DNA of 64,000 bases from assembly GCA_002104905.1 (NCBI GenBank), contig MCFE01000046.1, positions 62,001 through 126,000 on the forward strand, written 5' to 3'. Below, in pieces: positions 49,501 to 61,797 of the stretch. Below the pieces are notes generated by a model. That model worked only from the letters and a program-made list of their open reading frames with translations. It had not been told where the DNA came from and did no database searches. The position numbers were made by a program, and so were the translations under genes. The stretch comes from Basidiobolus meristosporus CBS 931.73 (taxonomy: Eukaryota; Fungi; Basidiobolomycota). Numbering within the stretch: position 1 is the first letter of the stretch; each line of letters begins with the position of its first letter.

Positions 49501-51212
49501 TGATTTTTCACCAATTGGCTCATTTTCTGTTCCCCTATGTGTCCTAGCCTCCTATGCCACGTCTCCCAGTTGGTTTCATCAGTTTCAGCAATGTTGACAT
49601 ACTCTGGTACAATGATCTTGCATTGTAACTTGTATATATTGTGATCTCTGATTCCCGAAGCTAATTTTTGTCCATTTTCACTCAATATTGAGCAGCTCAG
49701 CTTAGTAAAAACGAATTTCAGTCCCTGAGTAGTTGCTTTACTGACTGAGAGTAGGTTCTTAGCTATTCCAGGTACATAGAGTACGTCAGTCAGTTTTGCT
49801 GTTGTTGCCCCTGAGTTATCACTCATATTTAGTTGTATAGACCCACTAGCGGTAGCTTCCAATGCAGAGTTATCTCCCAGATAAACCTTTCTTACGGGAA
49901 TAGTCTTTAAGTTGCTGAACCAATCCTTTATACCACAAATATGCTGTGATGCTCCAGAGTCAATATACCATTCATTACTTCGGTTACTTGCACTCTCTTG
50001 TACAGTGACAAATAACTGTTCATCAGTAGTTATATGGTTTGCCTGCTCTAGTTTCTGTTTTTCGTCTGCTTGTTTCTTCTTGCATTCTCTTGCCCAGTGT
50101 CCTGGCTTCTTACAGTTGTTACAGCAGCCAGGTTTTCTTTGGTTTTGTTGCTTTCCCTTCTTTTCTGTATGCCTTTCTGAACTGAATAAAGCATTATCTT
50201 CAATTTTCTCTGCTTGATCATTACGTCTGAGTTCTTCATGGAGAAGTCTTCCTTTGACATAGTCTAAAGTCAAGTTGTCTTCTCTGCTTTCAAAAGAAAG
50301 TATGAGTGGCTCATACTCGTCTGGTAGGCTGCAAAGCAGACAGAGTATCTTTTCTTCATCATCTACACCAGCATTAATACTGTAAAGTTCTTCTGCAAGT
50401 GTCTCCATTCTGGTAATGAGTTGTAGCATGTCATCATCTGGCTTTTTTCTCATGTTGAAGAACTTTCGTTTCAAATAAAGCTTGCTTGATACCAACTTTG
50501 CTCTAAAGATCTTCTCTAAGGATTCCCATGCTGCTTTGGCAGTATTTGAGGCATGGATTTGTCCAATGAAGGAGTCTTGCACATTGATGCATATTGCATT
50601 GAAGGCCTTTCTCTCCTTCTCTTGAAACTTCTCCACATCTTCTGCTGTTCCTTTGGGCTCAACTTCCTTTCCTGTTACTATGTTCCAAAGCTTTCTTTCC
50701 TCAAGGTGGATCTGCATCTTGATTCTCAAAAGTCTGTAGTTCTTCCCATCAAACCTCTCCTTTACTGGGAAGATGTTGGTATTGCTTTGTTTGCTGGTTG
50801 AAGTCATCATTAGAATAGATTAAGGCAATTGGGGCTCATAACCTGTTGCAATTTAAGAAGTGATTTGGATGTAAAGAACTTATCAAGAAATAGTGATAAT
50901 AGTTGAACTGTTGTTTATTCATAAAGAAGCTCAGTATTTATACCTTTGTAGAAGTAATACAGCTGCAACACTAAGTAGGGAGGGTTTCTCAATATTCAGG
51001 AGCATTCTGTAACAGTTTCAGGGTTAGTACATAATGCTTGGTAATAGTGCTAATTTGATCCTGACTATAGGGGACTAATCATAAGATCATATATCTGGAG
51101 AAAGTGGCGAAGTTAAGGCAGTAAATGAGTCCTACACTGACTAAGACTAGCCTAGAATTGTTAAGTAAATTTCTAGCTGCTGAATGATACCAAATAGTCC
51201 AATATTTCAGCA
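46527..51212 (-). mobile_element. Ty1/copia family 2, near-intact (4686 bp)
   Basis: 369-bp LTRs 46527-46895 and 50844-51212; TSD GTAAC; PBS GGTTATGAGCCCC (50831-50843, minus strand); PPT next to 46896. Confidence 0.99.
46890..50810 (-). CDS. gag-pol: Copia gag-pol polyprotein with one in-frame TGA (47325-47327)
   Basis: CNNCKKPGHWAREC, WYIDSGASQH, WHRRLGH, VHSDICGP, QNGVAERANR, LVAKGYSQ, YVDD, then in-frame RNase H (STTEAKY, RTKHIDIQHHF). Confidence 0.96.
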
Positions 51213-51814
51213 GTAACATCATCTGGTTTAGTAGTCCATTTGCTGGAAGTAGGCATGACAAAGCACTCTGGGTAGAGAATCATCCTGAATTCAGTAGAGG
51301 GGAGAAATGTATGGCAGACTTAGCCTATATAGGAGAGGATTGTCAGAGATTTGGATGTATTACAGCTTATAGGAAGCCAAGGAATGGTGTGCTCAGCAGG
51401 AAGCACAAGCTCTACAATGAGATATTTAATCATTTCCAAGTGAGGGTAGAGCACACATTTGAATGTCTGAAGTGATTTAGCATATTATGAGGTAAATACA
51501 GAGGAAAGTGATATATAGGAGAAAACAGCAGAATGGTAAAATAGTGAAGATACTTATTAATGCACAATATGTTCATACAAGAAGACATCCACTGAGAGAA
51601 ATGTATCTGGTGCATTATGAAGAGTAAATAAAACAAGCAAAGCACTATTTTGAGCAGCATAAGTAAGATTGAGAAAAATTACTAGTAACTGTATTATAGC
51701 ACTGGCATCACGGTAGAAATAATATTGCCAGATGGTGCTGTAGAGTGCCAGGTTGATCTGGAACTGTAGACAGGCAACACTATGTGGCACTATCCAACAG
51801 AAAAAGTCTAAAGT

Positions 51815-53900
51815 GTCCAACTTGTCAGCAATCCAGCACCATTGGGGGAAAACATTTTTCACACTCTGGATATATTCCAGCAATACCCTGTATAAAGAAG
51901 CTCATGCAGCCTAAGAAATACTTTAATGCTATTGAGTACAGCAACCAGTATCAGTCAAGCAAAAATTTATCAGATATATTTGATATCAAACATTGCAAGC
52001 AGCAAAGAAGCCAGGGCTACTTTGAAGGTAAGTATGACCATGCCTTTGCCTTGAATTTGATTGATTTGCATTAGATCAATACTCTACCAGCATATCCTGC
52101 CGGCCACTGAATCTCATCAACCTGAATCTGCCACCTATCTTACATTATCAGAGCCAGAATCTGATGGTAGTCTCACTGGTATCTTGGCCTAAATCACTGT
52201 ACAGCCTGAATAGCTACCTGTATCCATTGCTGGATGAGTCTTGTATGCTTTCCAGCAGAATAACAGTCAGTGGCTGCAATGTAAAAAGATTTGTTTTGTT
52301 GGATAGTGCCACATTGAGCCATGAGTGCCAAATGATGCCATAGTGTGCAAGGAAGGCCAAGTGAGCATATACTTGGCCACAGAGTGTGCAGCACAGCTCT
52401 GCATCTTCATGCAAAGCAGCCCCTGTATTTCACTCATTGTGAAGGAGAAAATCCATTTCTTGACCTTTTTTTTTAGGTGAATATTGTAGAGGATGTGCAA
52501 GTGCACAAAGGGTTGAAGATATGCATCTGGTACTCAATACCCATGGTACTCTGAATCTAGCTCCTGTGGCTTGTTACATGTCACAAAAATGCATGGCAAT
52601 ATCTTAGTTCACTGGTACTATCTGGCACTATATTTGAATATTAGCCCTAAAGTAAGATCAATACAGAGCACTCATAGTGCCACATAGTGCCATGCATTTT
52701 TCTGACATGTAACAAGCCACAGGAGCTAGATTCAGAGTGCCATGGGTACTGAGTACCTGATGCATGTTGTCAGTTCTTCTGTGCTCTTACACATCCTGCA
52801 CAACTCTTATCCACAAAAAAACATCAAAAAGTGGATTTTCTCTTGCCTCATAGGTGAAACACAGGGGCTGCTTTGCATGAAGATGCAGAGCTATGTTTCA
52901 CACTCTGTGGCTAAGTATAGGTTCACTTGGCCTCTCTGGCAAACTATGGCATCATTTGGCACCCATGGCTCAATGTGGCACTATCCAATGGAACAAGTCT
53001 AAAGCATATATTATTATCTGCATTGGAAATACTCCAGCCATTGGCAAGATAGCCAGCTTTTCTGGGCACAATGGATGGTATTGCTGTCAAATGTGTGAGA
53101 TCCAAGGGACTACTCTAAAACTAATACTCATTATTATTACCCAAATACCCACACTAGGTACATAATCTTTCCACAGAGAGAACATACACAAGTCAGCATG
53201 TAGTTGCAGCAAGGTTGGCAAGCTATAAGCTATTTACCAGAATATGGAATAAATTGCAAACCAGAGATATTTAAGATAGGGGGTGTCTGTTGGAGCAAAA
53301 GCTTTTCACAGAGAGCAATGAATTTGCTTTTCAATAATATCCCTATACTGACAACCAAGTGGTACAAAGGGCTTTTCAAGCAAATCAGCCCTTTGAGATA
53401 CCAGAGAAATTAGATAAAATTCTCAAGATATTACAAAGTATTTACTACTATGGGTACTTCTCATGGGTTCCAACCAACATTCATACATATATGCAACAAT
53501 ACAAGTGCAAGGACTGGATGAACTGGATATATATTTATTCAAGTGGCCTTTCAAAGCCATTCCTACCATAAGTACATTGGAAGCATTGGGAGTAATAGGT
53601 GGGCATTATAGGAATATTTATCCAGAAGCAGATCACTAATGGCAACTTGGCACATCAACAGCTTTTGTGCAAAGAGTTCTGACAGGATTTGAGCAGCTAT
53701 ATTACAAACATAAAGCTGAATGCATAGATCTCTGCTGCAACTGTATCCATATGCTACTCCATCTTGCTTGGTGTGTTGAGAATATTGGACCTTACTTCAC
53801 CTTGTGGGAGTTTTCTATGGAGTGGATGTGAGGGGACATAAGAAGACAAGTCAAGTTGCAGGTACTACTCTAACCTAATCCCATCAAGAATATTACCCTC
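51815..53900 (+). pseudogene. CACTA/EnSpm tnp2 transposase relic, split by a foldback element
   Basis: YIPAIPCIKKL...SDIFD, LNLPPILHYQSQNL, FSGHNGWYCCQMC, NLLFNNIP, CIHMLLHLAWCVENIGP..LWEFSME. Confidence 0.85.
52287..53000. mobile_element. Foldback element copy (714 bp)
   Basis: Long inverted arms; TSD AAA; small deletion beside the spacer. Confidence 0.93.
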
Positions 53901-53905
53901 AAGTC

Positions 53906-56900
53906 TGTTGTAGTTGGCTCACATTGACACCCTTTGACAGATGTGCTCAATTCCATACATTCTACTTCCCTATTTTTCTACCACCCTTATTTTAATTTTA
54001 TCCCATTTATCTTAATTGATTGGTACTATCCCATAAGCAGGCTGACTATCATGCCTGCTTACCTATTTCATAGGTTATCTCTCACAATATGCAAGATTAC
54101 TAAATGTAAGTGCTTCTATATTAGGCAGGTAGGCACACCAGCACCTGTGACACATGACCAATCCATGTCACCATCCCTACTATTTTCTTACCATATATAT
54201 AAACCCAATGTTACACAGGTCTCAGAGTATTGGCTCCCTATTGGTTGGGTGTGCTGCACCCATTAAAACCTTCTGGCACCTACTTAGAGCATTCTTAGAT
54301 CATTCTGAGGTCTTCAGATTTCTCATTGAGCTTCAGAGCTGCTGGAACACCATGACCATTAATCACTTTGCCAGCAGGGAAAGTATATAAGGGAGGCAAT
54401 CCCTCATCAATAAATAATCATCACTTTTATCAATATACCAATTTGCTTATTAGTGTGAACACTGCTACCTGCTGCTACCTGAATTCCAGCCTTTGACCAC
54501 AGGACACTCCTAGGCAACTGTGCTGACAGCCAACCAAACTTGGAGGCACTACTTGTGAGGAATACTTGGGGTAGGTATCATTGATTAAATTTGATTCTTT
54601 CCTAAGCTTGTTCTTTACAGCCAAAGATACTTTGCTGTCTTTATAGCTATTGACAACAGCTGCATTCTTATCAAGTCCCTGCTGGTGGAGTTTATAGTTG
54701 TTTTTACTTTTGAAGCTTTAGTACATTGTCATCTCAATGGATGTGTGTAGACACAGAACCCAAGTATTTCTAGCAAGCTTTTGCTAGAGGTTATTGCACC
54801 CAGTGAACATCCCACACACAAAATACTTGAGAAGTGTTGAACATATCTCTCCCTTGAACTTATACACCACCATATATTTGGCACTCAACATGGGGGTCTC
54901 AAACCAGCTCCTTAGAACCCTACAAGACTTACCCAAAGATCTGATCCATTTTCTACTTATCAAAGAAGAGACTTCCAATATTATGCAACATCAGCATCAA
55001 CCTACCTACCCAGAAAGAATTCTATGTCATTACCACTCTCATATGGTGCCCCAGAGCTTGATGGGAAGAATGTGGAAAGCTTCATATTCAGTGGGAGAAG
55101 CTCCGCAAGATGTGCAGCCTCTCTGAACAAGAAATGGCTGAAGATTTCCCCTACTACTGGACCAATGATATTACCACTAAGCCTCTCAGACAAAGAGACA
55201 TTCTGACTGACTGGGCCTTAATGAAGACATTGCTACAAGTCATGTATGGTAGACCCCAAATATACTATGGAATTGATGATCTTTGATAATTTGGAAGGAC
55301 TGGACTTTCTAAGCTACCGCTTGAAGAGCTCATTCAGCAGTATGAAGACATGGTCAAGCCACTCCTAGAGTCCCAAGCAATAACTGAGTTTACAATGACA
55401 CTTTACCTTCCACAAGGACTTCCCCAGGACTTGGCAAAGAAAGTTGACCTACATGCAGACAAGGAAGACAAGTCTGGCTTTCCATGCATTGTAAAGATGA
55501 AACATATTTTCTAGAGGAAAAACAGACTTCCACCTTCATGAGATTCTTCAAGTCTAATCTACTGGACTAGTTGACCAAGGAGCCAAGGAGTGCTGCTGCT
55601 GACACTCAAACCTATACTACCAACAGTATTGATTAACTTGCTTAACAGCTGCAAAAGCTAGCCCACAAGATTAAAGGCTCAGCTGAAGTAGCTACTGAGA
55701 GCCAAAGACCTTTGCACAGATATTGCATCTGGTGTGATTCTGCTCAGCATGCCAGAAGAGCCTACTCAGTGCTTAGTCAGATACCTGGAGAAGGAACTGA
55801 ACAGGTGATGCTGATGGAATGCTTTCTGACAAGAAAGGAAGAAGGATCCCCACCAAAGAGTAGGGATGAGAGTTCATTTTCAGAAATCCAACTCAGCAAC
55901 CAGATACATTACAGTTAATGCCCCTATTAGGATTCATGGTGTGAGTTGCGGCAGTCCAGACAACAGGTAATACAAAGTTAATGCCTTTGCTCTCAAAAGA
56001 CACCTTCCTGAAGAACCTGCCAAGTCCATTCTCATAAGACCACAATTTGAAGAGCCTGAAGTTGTCATAGACAAGAGGCCTAGTATGCTGCCCACCCAAG
56101 GTCCCTAACTGCACTTTCAGATGGCCTTATGGATGGTCAGCTACTCAAGCTCTTAACTGATTACTGAGAAGCTGTTGAAACAGAGCCTCACTTTGTTGGT
56201 TGGAGAGATCATGAGTGTATCCCCATCTATTAGGAAGACCTTTGAGGAGCAGCTTGGAACAAGACAACAAGCTGTTGAACACATGGATACTCATATAATT
56301 CAGACAAGCCATGAAGGCCACCAAAAGAATCCTGAAAGTACTGGGTAAAAGACCTTTTACTCAGTTGCAACTGCTGTGGTGAAAGGATATATATAGTGAC
56401 CCTGTTGACTGCCATATTGAAATTGATTCAGAGATTTGCTTTATGCTGCAAGACTTTTGGAAGACACTTGGAAGTAAGGAGTTACTCTATGTAGATAAAG
56501 GTACTGGATGGAACATGACTGATGCAAACTCAGGATCTAGTCTACTCTATGGTGTAGTGCACAAGTTCCTTATTGAGGTACAAGAAATCATGGTCTAGCT
56601 TTCCCTCTTTATCTGCCAGAGGCAAACTTTGACCTTCTGCTAGGTAGGCCATGGGAAACCAGTGCTAAGGCCACAACTACCAAATATTTCAATGGGTCAC
56701 TGTGCTACACTATACAGGAATTAGGCCCAGGATTACAGTCAACCTTCTCTGGTGTAACACCCAACAATAAGACAACACATACTGCCTGCCAGAAGATGCA
56801 TCCTGATGTAGAAGAAGACGAGGAGCCAGAAAATATACACCCCAGCTTTTAGAGCTGCTCATTAGGTATACAGGAGCAGGCAGCCATATTTGAACAAAAT

Positions 56901-57120
56901 ACAAGACAGTGGAACAAAAGATTATACTATCACTTACACCTTTAACTGATGGATCTTGACCTGTGGATTATATCAGACCACCAGAAGAAACACTTGAAGA
57001 TATATTTCTTATACCTTAGAGACTTAAGCATCTTATTATTGGTGATGGAAACATAACACCTGAAGAGATCTTATCATTTGAAGAAGCCATGAAAAGGCAT
57101 GATAATACTTTCCCATATGA
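53906..57120 (+). mobile_element. Degenerate Ty3/gypsy family C (5' LTR, gag, protease)
   Basis: LTR about 53906-54874; PBS TGGCACTCAACATGGGG (54879-54895); gag-like APELDGKNV, YCIWCDSAQH; protease-like DLLLGRPWE. Confidence 0.75.
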
Positions 57121-59321
57121 TTGACTTGTACCATTGTACTGTGCCAGGGTGCACAGTGCACTCTGCAGATGTTAAGAATGATTGGATGCAATATTGTGGA
57201 TACTAGTAAGTGTGATTGCTCTTAGACAATTTTTCATTATGTGGGATAATCTTGCACACAATGACACAATCTACACAATGAGGTTGTCACAGATGACTGG
57301 GCCAACTGGTAATGTATGCATCATGTCCACAATTGGATATTGTTACTATGATAGGTAAAATCTGGTATTAGGATATGTTTCCTTAATGTTAAAGGAATTA
57401 AACTCATGTCACAGTATAGGCTACACTGATACTTACTATTTTTGTTACCATCACTCAAATTGGGTAGTATGTCAGTGGTTGATTAGTCAAATAGTGTCCT
57501 GAAGCTATCAGCCCCCCATTAGCTCATTGACCAATACACAAGCTGCCAGATTTGCCATCAAATATCCCATTTGTGTATTTGTAGTCAGTGTTTTGCCTCC
57601 TAGTTGATAAGTGCTATGCTACAGCTTGGCCTCAATGAACTGCTCCAGATGATACTACTGAACCTGCCTGTAGTGCCATGTGCTGACACATTCTTTTACC
57701 TCCCAAAGGCTCTGGTGGTGGAGGCACTTCTTGTGGTTCATCATTGGTTGGTTCACCAGAAGTAACTTGCTGATGGTAAGTGTAACAGCACATGCAGGTG
57801 CAATGCAATGTGCTGGCATGGCCCTTGGCTGAGTTTGACATGATGCAACACATTGACACAACTCAGACTGCTTCAATGGACTAGTGTCTAAATAAGCAGC
57901 TCAGCAAGTATTGATAGTGTTGCTCTGAAGTGTGAGCACTGACTCAATGCGGGCACTCTTGTGAAGGGTGTTGGTGTTATGGTGGTGTAGAGGTACTCCT
58001 GGGAGAAGCTACACAACCCAAGGGGTGTGATGTGTCTAATGGGTGCAACAACCTCTGGGTCTAAACTGCTGGTGTCTTTGTCAATATGTCACTATGGTAA
58101 AAGCTCCTGCTTCTCTAGCTTGCTAGGTGCTCCAAGTGTCTCAAAAGGCCTCTGTGTGTCTTATGCACTACCCTGAAAAGCTCCTTGATGGCAGATCTGA
58201 GATGTACTGTTGAAGGCAGGTGCAGTGATCAACTGCTAATCAATAAGGGAGAAGTGTTACTGATAGAAGGGATCATTTATTGATGAGGGATTGCTTTCCC
58301 TTAAATACTTTTCCTGGTTGCCAAGTGATTACTAATGACAAGGTGCTAGAAGATTCTAGGCATCAGTGGAGCTCTTGATGACATCACTATGAGCTGAAAT
58401 ATGCCAAGAATGTCCTGGAAGGTTCTAAAAGATACAGCATATCCAACCAATCAAGGATCAGTAATCTGAGACCTGTGCAACATAGAAATACCATATATGG
58501 TATTGAAGGGATGGCAACACAGACCTATATCATGTCTCACAGGTACTGACACAGGTACTTGCCGTATGTAGATACATAAGACTTGTTCCATCGTACTGTG
58601 CCAGGGCGCGCGGCGTGATCCACGGTTGCAAAGAACAATCGGGCGCAATATTATAGCTACCAGAAGGCAGGATTGTTCTTGGACAATTTTGCACTATGCG
58701 GGACAATCTTGCACACTATGGCACAATCTGACACAATGAGGTTGGCGCGGATGATTGCGCCAACTCGTAATGCTTGCATCACGTGCGCGATCGGATACCG
58801 CTATAATGGCAGGTAAAATCCGGTATTTGGATATGTTTCTTTAATGTAAATGGAAATAAATGTGTATCACACTATAAACTACACTGATACTTACCATTTT
58901 GGTTACCCTCACTCCAATTGGACGGTATCTCAGTGGTTAATTGGTCCAAAAGTATTCTGAAGCTGGCAGCCCCCAATTGGCTCATTGACTACTGAAAAAG
59001 CTACCTGATTTGCCATCAAATATCCCATTTAGCCCATTGAGCAAGTAAATCCCTGATCCTAGTGATTGGGCAAGGTGTCATAGCTAGCACGCAAGCAATC
59101 ATGTAGGTGCAAAACAGATCCAATAGCTGCACTGGTATTACAGATGACGTATATATATGCAGGGTGTTTATTTATAGGGGTTCTGTCTCAAATGTGAGAC
59201 AACCTTGATATTACTTGTATCAAAAATTTGATGATCACTGATTTGCAATGGCTTGATTTGGATTGCAAAAAAAAAGGGTTGTCGGGATCATTACAAATGT
59301 GAGCAATTCAAAGCGATTGCA

Positions 59322-60554
59322 TCATCTTCTCCTGGGTTCTTTTCTCACAGGGATTACTACTGAAGCATTTGGTAGTGACTCACTTTGCACACCTATACTA
59401 CTTCCTGGCTGACTATCATCTTGGCTACTTGTGTATTTGTAGTCAGTATTTTGCCTCCTAGTTGATGAGTGCAATGCTGCAGCTTGGCCGCGCTGAATCG
59501 CTCCGACTGAACCAACTGAACCGGCCTGTAGTGCCACGCGCTGATGCGTTCTTTTACTTGCCAAGGGCTCCGGTGGTTGAGTCACTTCATGTTGGTCATC
59601 ATCAGTCAGTTCACCAGAAGTAACTCGCTGATGGTCAGGCAAAACAGCACGCGCAGGCGCGCCTTGACGCGTTGAGATGGCCCTTGGCTGAGTTTGATGT
59701 GATGCCGCATGTTGACGCGACTCGGTCCGCTCCAATGGACTCATGTCTAAATGAGCAGTTTGGCGAGTTCTGGTAGTTTTGCTCTGAAGCGCGCACATTG
59801 ACTCGACGCGGGGCGTTCTGGTAAAGGGTGTTGGTGTAGTCTGGACTGATGTGCGCCGGCGCGCTGTGGTTGCAAGAGATGGTAGGGAATCCAGCGAGGC
59901 GTGCTGGCGTGATCCGGACAATGTTGCTTGCGGTCTGTATTCTTCCTCCTGAAGCTCACCATCTGATTCCTCAAGGTATTCACTTACCCTCTGTCTGATA
60001 CTTTGGAGCTGTTGCCTGGATGAGTCCTGTGTATATTGCTCTTGGAAGCCACTTAGCTCTACTAATATATCACGTAGTACATTAGTCATTTGAGGCAAAA
60101 ACTCATTCAAAATCTCTTTGGTTCCCAAAGTTGAGGCACAAACGGACGCGTCCGGCCTGTACTGTGCAAATTGCGCGCGGAATCGTTCTTGCGCGGCTTC
60201 CTCGTTAAATCCCCTCACTCTCAGCTCATTCTTGATTTCAATACTTGTCTTGTTATATATCTTTTTACATACACTGGCTGGCATCTTGATGTAGAACTCA
60301 TGCCACAGCTTTCTACTCAAATTCTTCCATCTTTGTTGACTCTCTGAGGTATCTAGTTCTGCTAGATTAATCAGTAGTGCCCAAATATCTGTATGAAGGC
60401 TCATTATAGACACTTGGGCCATACTAAAATCATTTGGCGAGAGCTTGAACGGATCCGACATCAACTTTTCCGGTCCGGACCGTGCTTGTGAGCTGGGGGA
60501 TGGGTTTTGTCTGGGTTGTACTAAAGATGAGTTGAGGCTCAGTATGGGGACCAT
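59322..60554 (-). CDS. PHIS accessory protein ORF1, putative DNA-binding; start uncertain (probably MAQVS near 60422)
   Basis: 410-codon ORF conserved in all element copies; helical N-terminus (RWKNLSRKLW), Ser/Thr/Arg-rich tail, basic end RKEPRRR. Confidence 0.75.
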   Translation of the reverse strand: MVPILSLNSSLVQPRQNPSPSSQARSGPEKLMSDPFKLSPNDFSMAQVSIMSLHTDIWALLINLAELDTSESQQRWKNLSRKLWHEFYIKMPASVCKKIYNKTSIEIKNELRVRGFNEEAAQERFRAQFAQYRPDASVCASTLGTKEILNEFLPQMTNVLRDILVELSGFQEQYTQDSSRQQLQSIRQRVSEYLEESDGELQEEEYRPQATLSGSRQHASLDSLPSLATTARRRTSVQTTPTPFTRTPRVESMCALQSKTTRTRQTAHLDMSPLERTESRQHAASHQTQPRAISTRQGAPARAVLPDHQRVTSGELTDDDQHEVTQPPEPLASKRTHQRVALQAGSVGSVGAIQRGQAAALHSSTRRQNTDYKYTSSQDDSQPGSSIGVQSESLPNASVVIPVRKEPRRR

Positions 60555-60913
60555 AGCAATGGATTTGGATACTTACACAGCAGTATATTGGCATCAACCT
60601 GGTCTTATATGAAATATATATGAAAACTAAAGTGATTGTTGAATTTTCCATATATTATGCATGATGCATCTTGGATCGCGTTGACACGGATCAGATCACA
60701 TCAATCGCAGATTTCCTATTTGATTATAGACCTATGATTAAAGCATCAATAAAAGTACCAAGGCATTGTTTGTGGATGATTTTTGCGACATAATGATGGG
60801 ATACATGGCAATTGATAGAGATTTAACCATAATGTGTTAAAAATCAGATAAATAACGCAGATCGTGCCGAATCAATTCAAACCGCCTCCATACAATCATC
60901 CATCAATTTTAAT

Positions 60914-61797
60914 ATGACTTACTCATCTGAATGGTCTTTTCTCATCAATCCCATCACTACCACTGGATTTCCTTTTTCACACTGGAGGAGATCTATTCCA
61001 AGTACTGTGGACCATCAACCCCAATCTACTCAAGGAGATCCCTTGTTAAGCTTCTCTGCTATTACAAGAACTATTGCCCTACAAGGTTTCATCCCACCAT
61101 CCATGGGAACAAAAGTCCTAGAAGCTTTCAGTCCCAGCTGACAGCAATGGAGAACCACCTTGCAGAGGGTATGAATGACTTAGAGCAAGCTTGGAATACT
61201 AGGTTCAGAAGCTCCAATAGACTTCCATATCCCAGAGTGTTCAGCAACAGGTTCCATATCAGGAGTATTTTGGATACCTTCCCAGTGAGGATTAACAGAC
61301 CTTCTAGAGGGCGGAGGCACTTTTATTCTGGCAAGTACAAGGCACACTGTGTGAAGTTTCAAGCACTGTCTGACATTGAGGGTAACATCATCTGGTTTAG
61401 TAGGCCATTTGCTGGAAGTAGGCATGACAAAGCACTCTGGGTAGAGAATCATCCTGAATTCAGTAGAGGGGAGAAATGTATGGCAGACTTGGCCTATATA
61501 GGAGAGGATTGTCAGAGATTAGGATGTATTACAGCTTATAGGAAGCCAAGGAATGGTGTGCTTAGCAGGAAGCAGAAGCTCTACAATGAGATATTTAATC
61601 ATTTCAGAGTAAGGGTAGAGCACACATTTGGATATCTGAAGAGATTCAGCATATTGGCAGGTAAATACAGAGGAAAGTCATATATAGGTGAAAACAGCAG
61701 AATAGGTAAAATAGTTAAGATACTTATTAATGCACAGTATGTTCATACAAGAAGACATCCACTGAGAGAAATGTGTCTGGAGCATTATGAAGAGTAA
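60914..61797 (+). CDS. DDE transposase (DDE_Tnp_4 / PIF-Harbinger-ISL2EU-like) with a 1-bp frameshift near 60975
   Basis: LDTFPVRINRP, FYSGKYKAHCVKFQ, GSRHD, ADLAY, RVRVEHTFGYLK; the copy at 46063 shows an uninterrupted MTYS...GFPFDTLEE N-terminus. Confidence 0.92.

Larger units (their letters stand above)
44155..51809 (+). mobile_element. PHIS transposon copy (left end missing) carrying two copia insertions
   Basis: Collinear with 59285-61979; transposase 46063-46526 resumes at 51218; right TIR ends at 51809. Confidence 0.93.

Noticed and set aside
47941-50801. Several 60-110 aa antisense ORFs within retroelements
   Set aside because: Expected shadow ORFs opposite long coding frames; no independent evidence.
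60931-60975. ORF-track start MVFSHQSHH for the transposase
   Set aside because: Artefact of a 1-bp loss near 60975; other copies read MTYS.EWSFLINP in frame with the DDE domain.
60914-61797. Bacterial IS5/ISL2 insertion or contamination
   Set aside because: Embedded in eukaryotic LTR elements, has a second divergent ORF, and has multiple decayed local copies.
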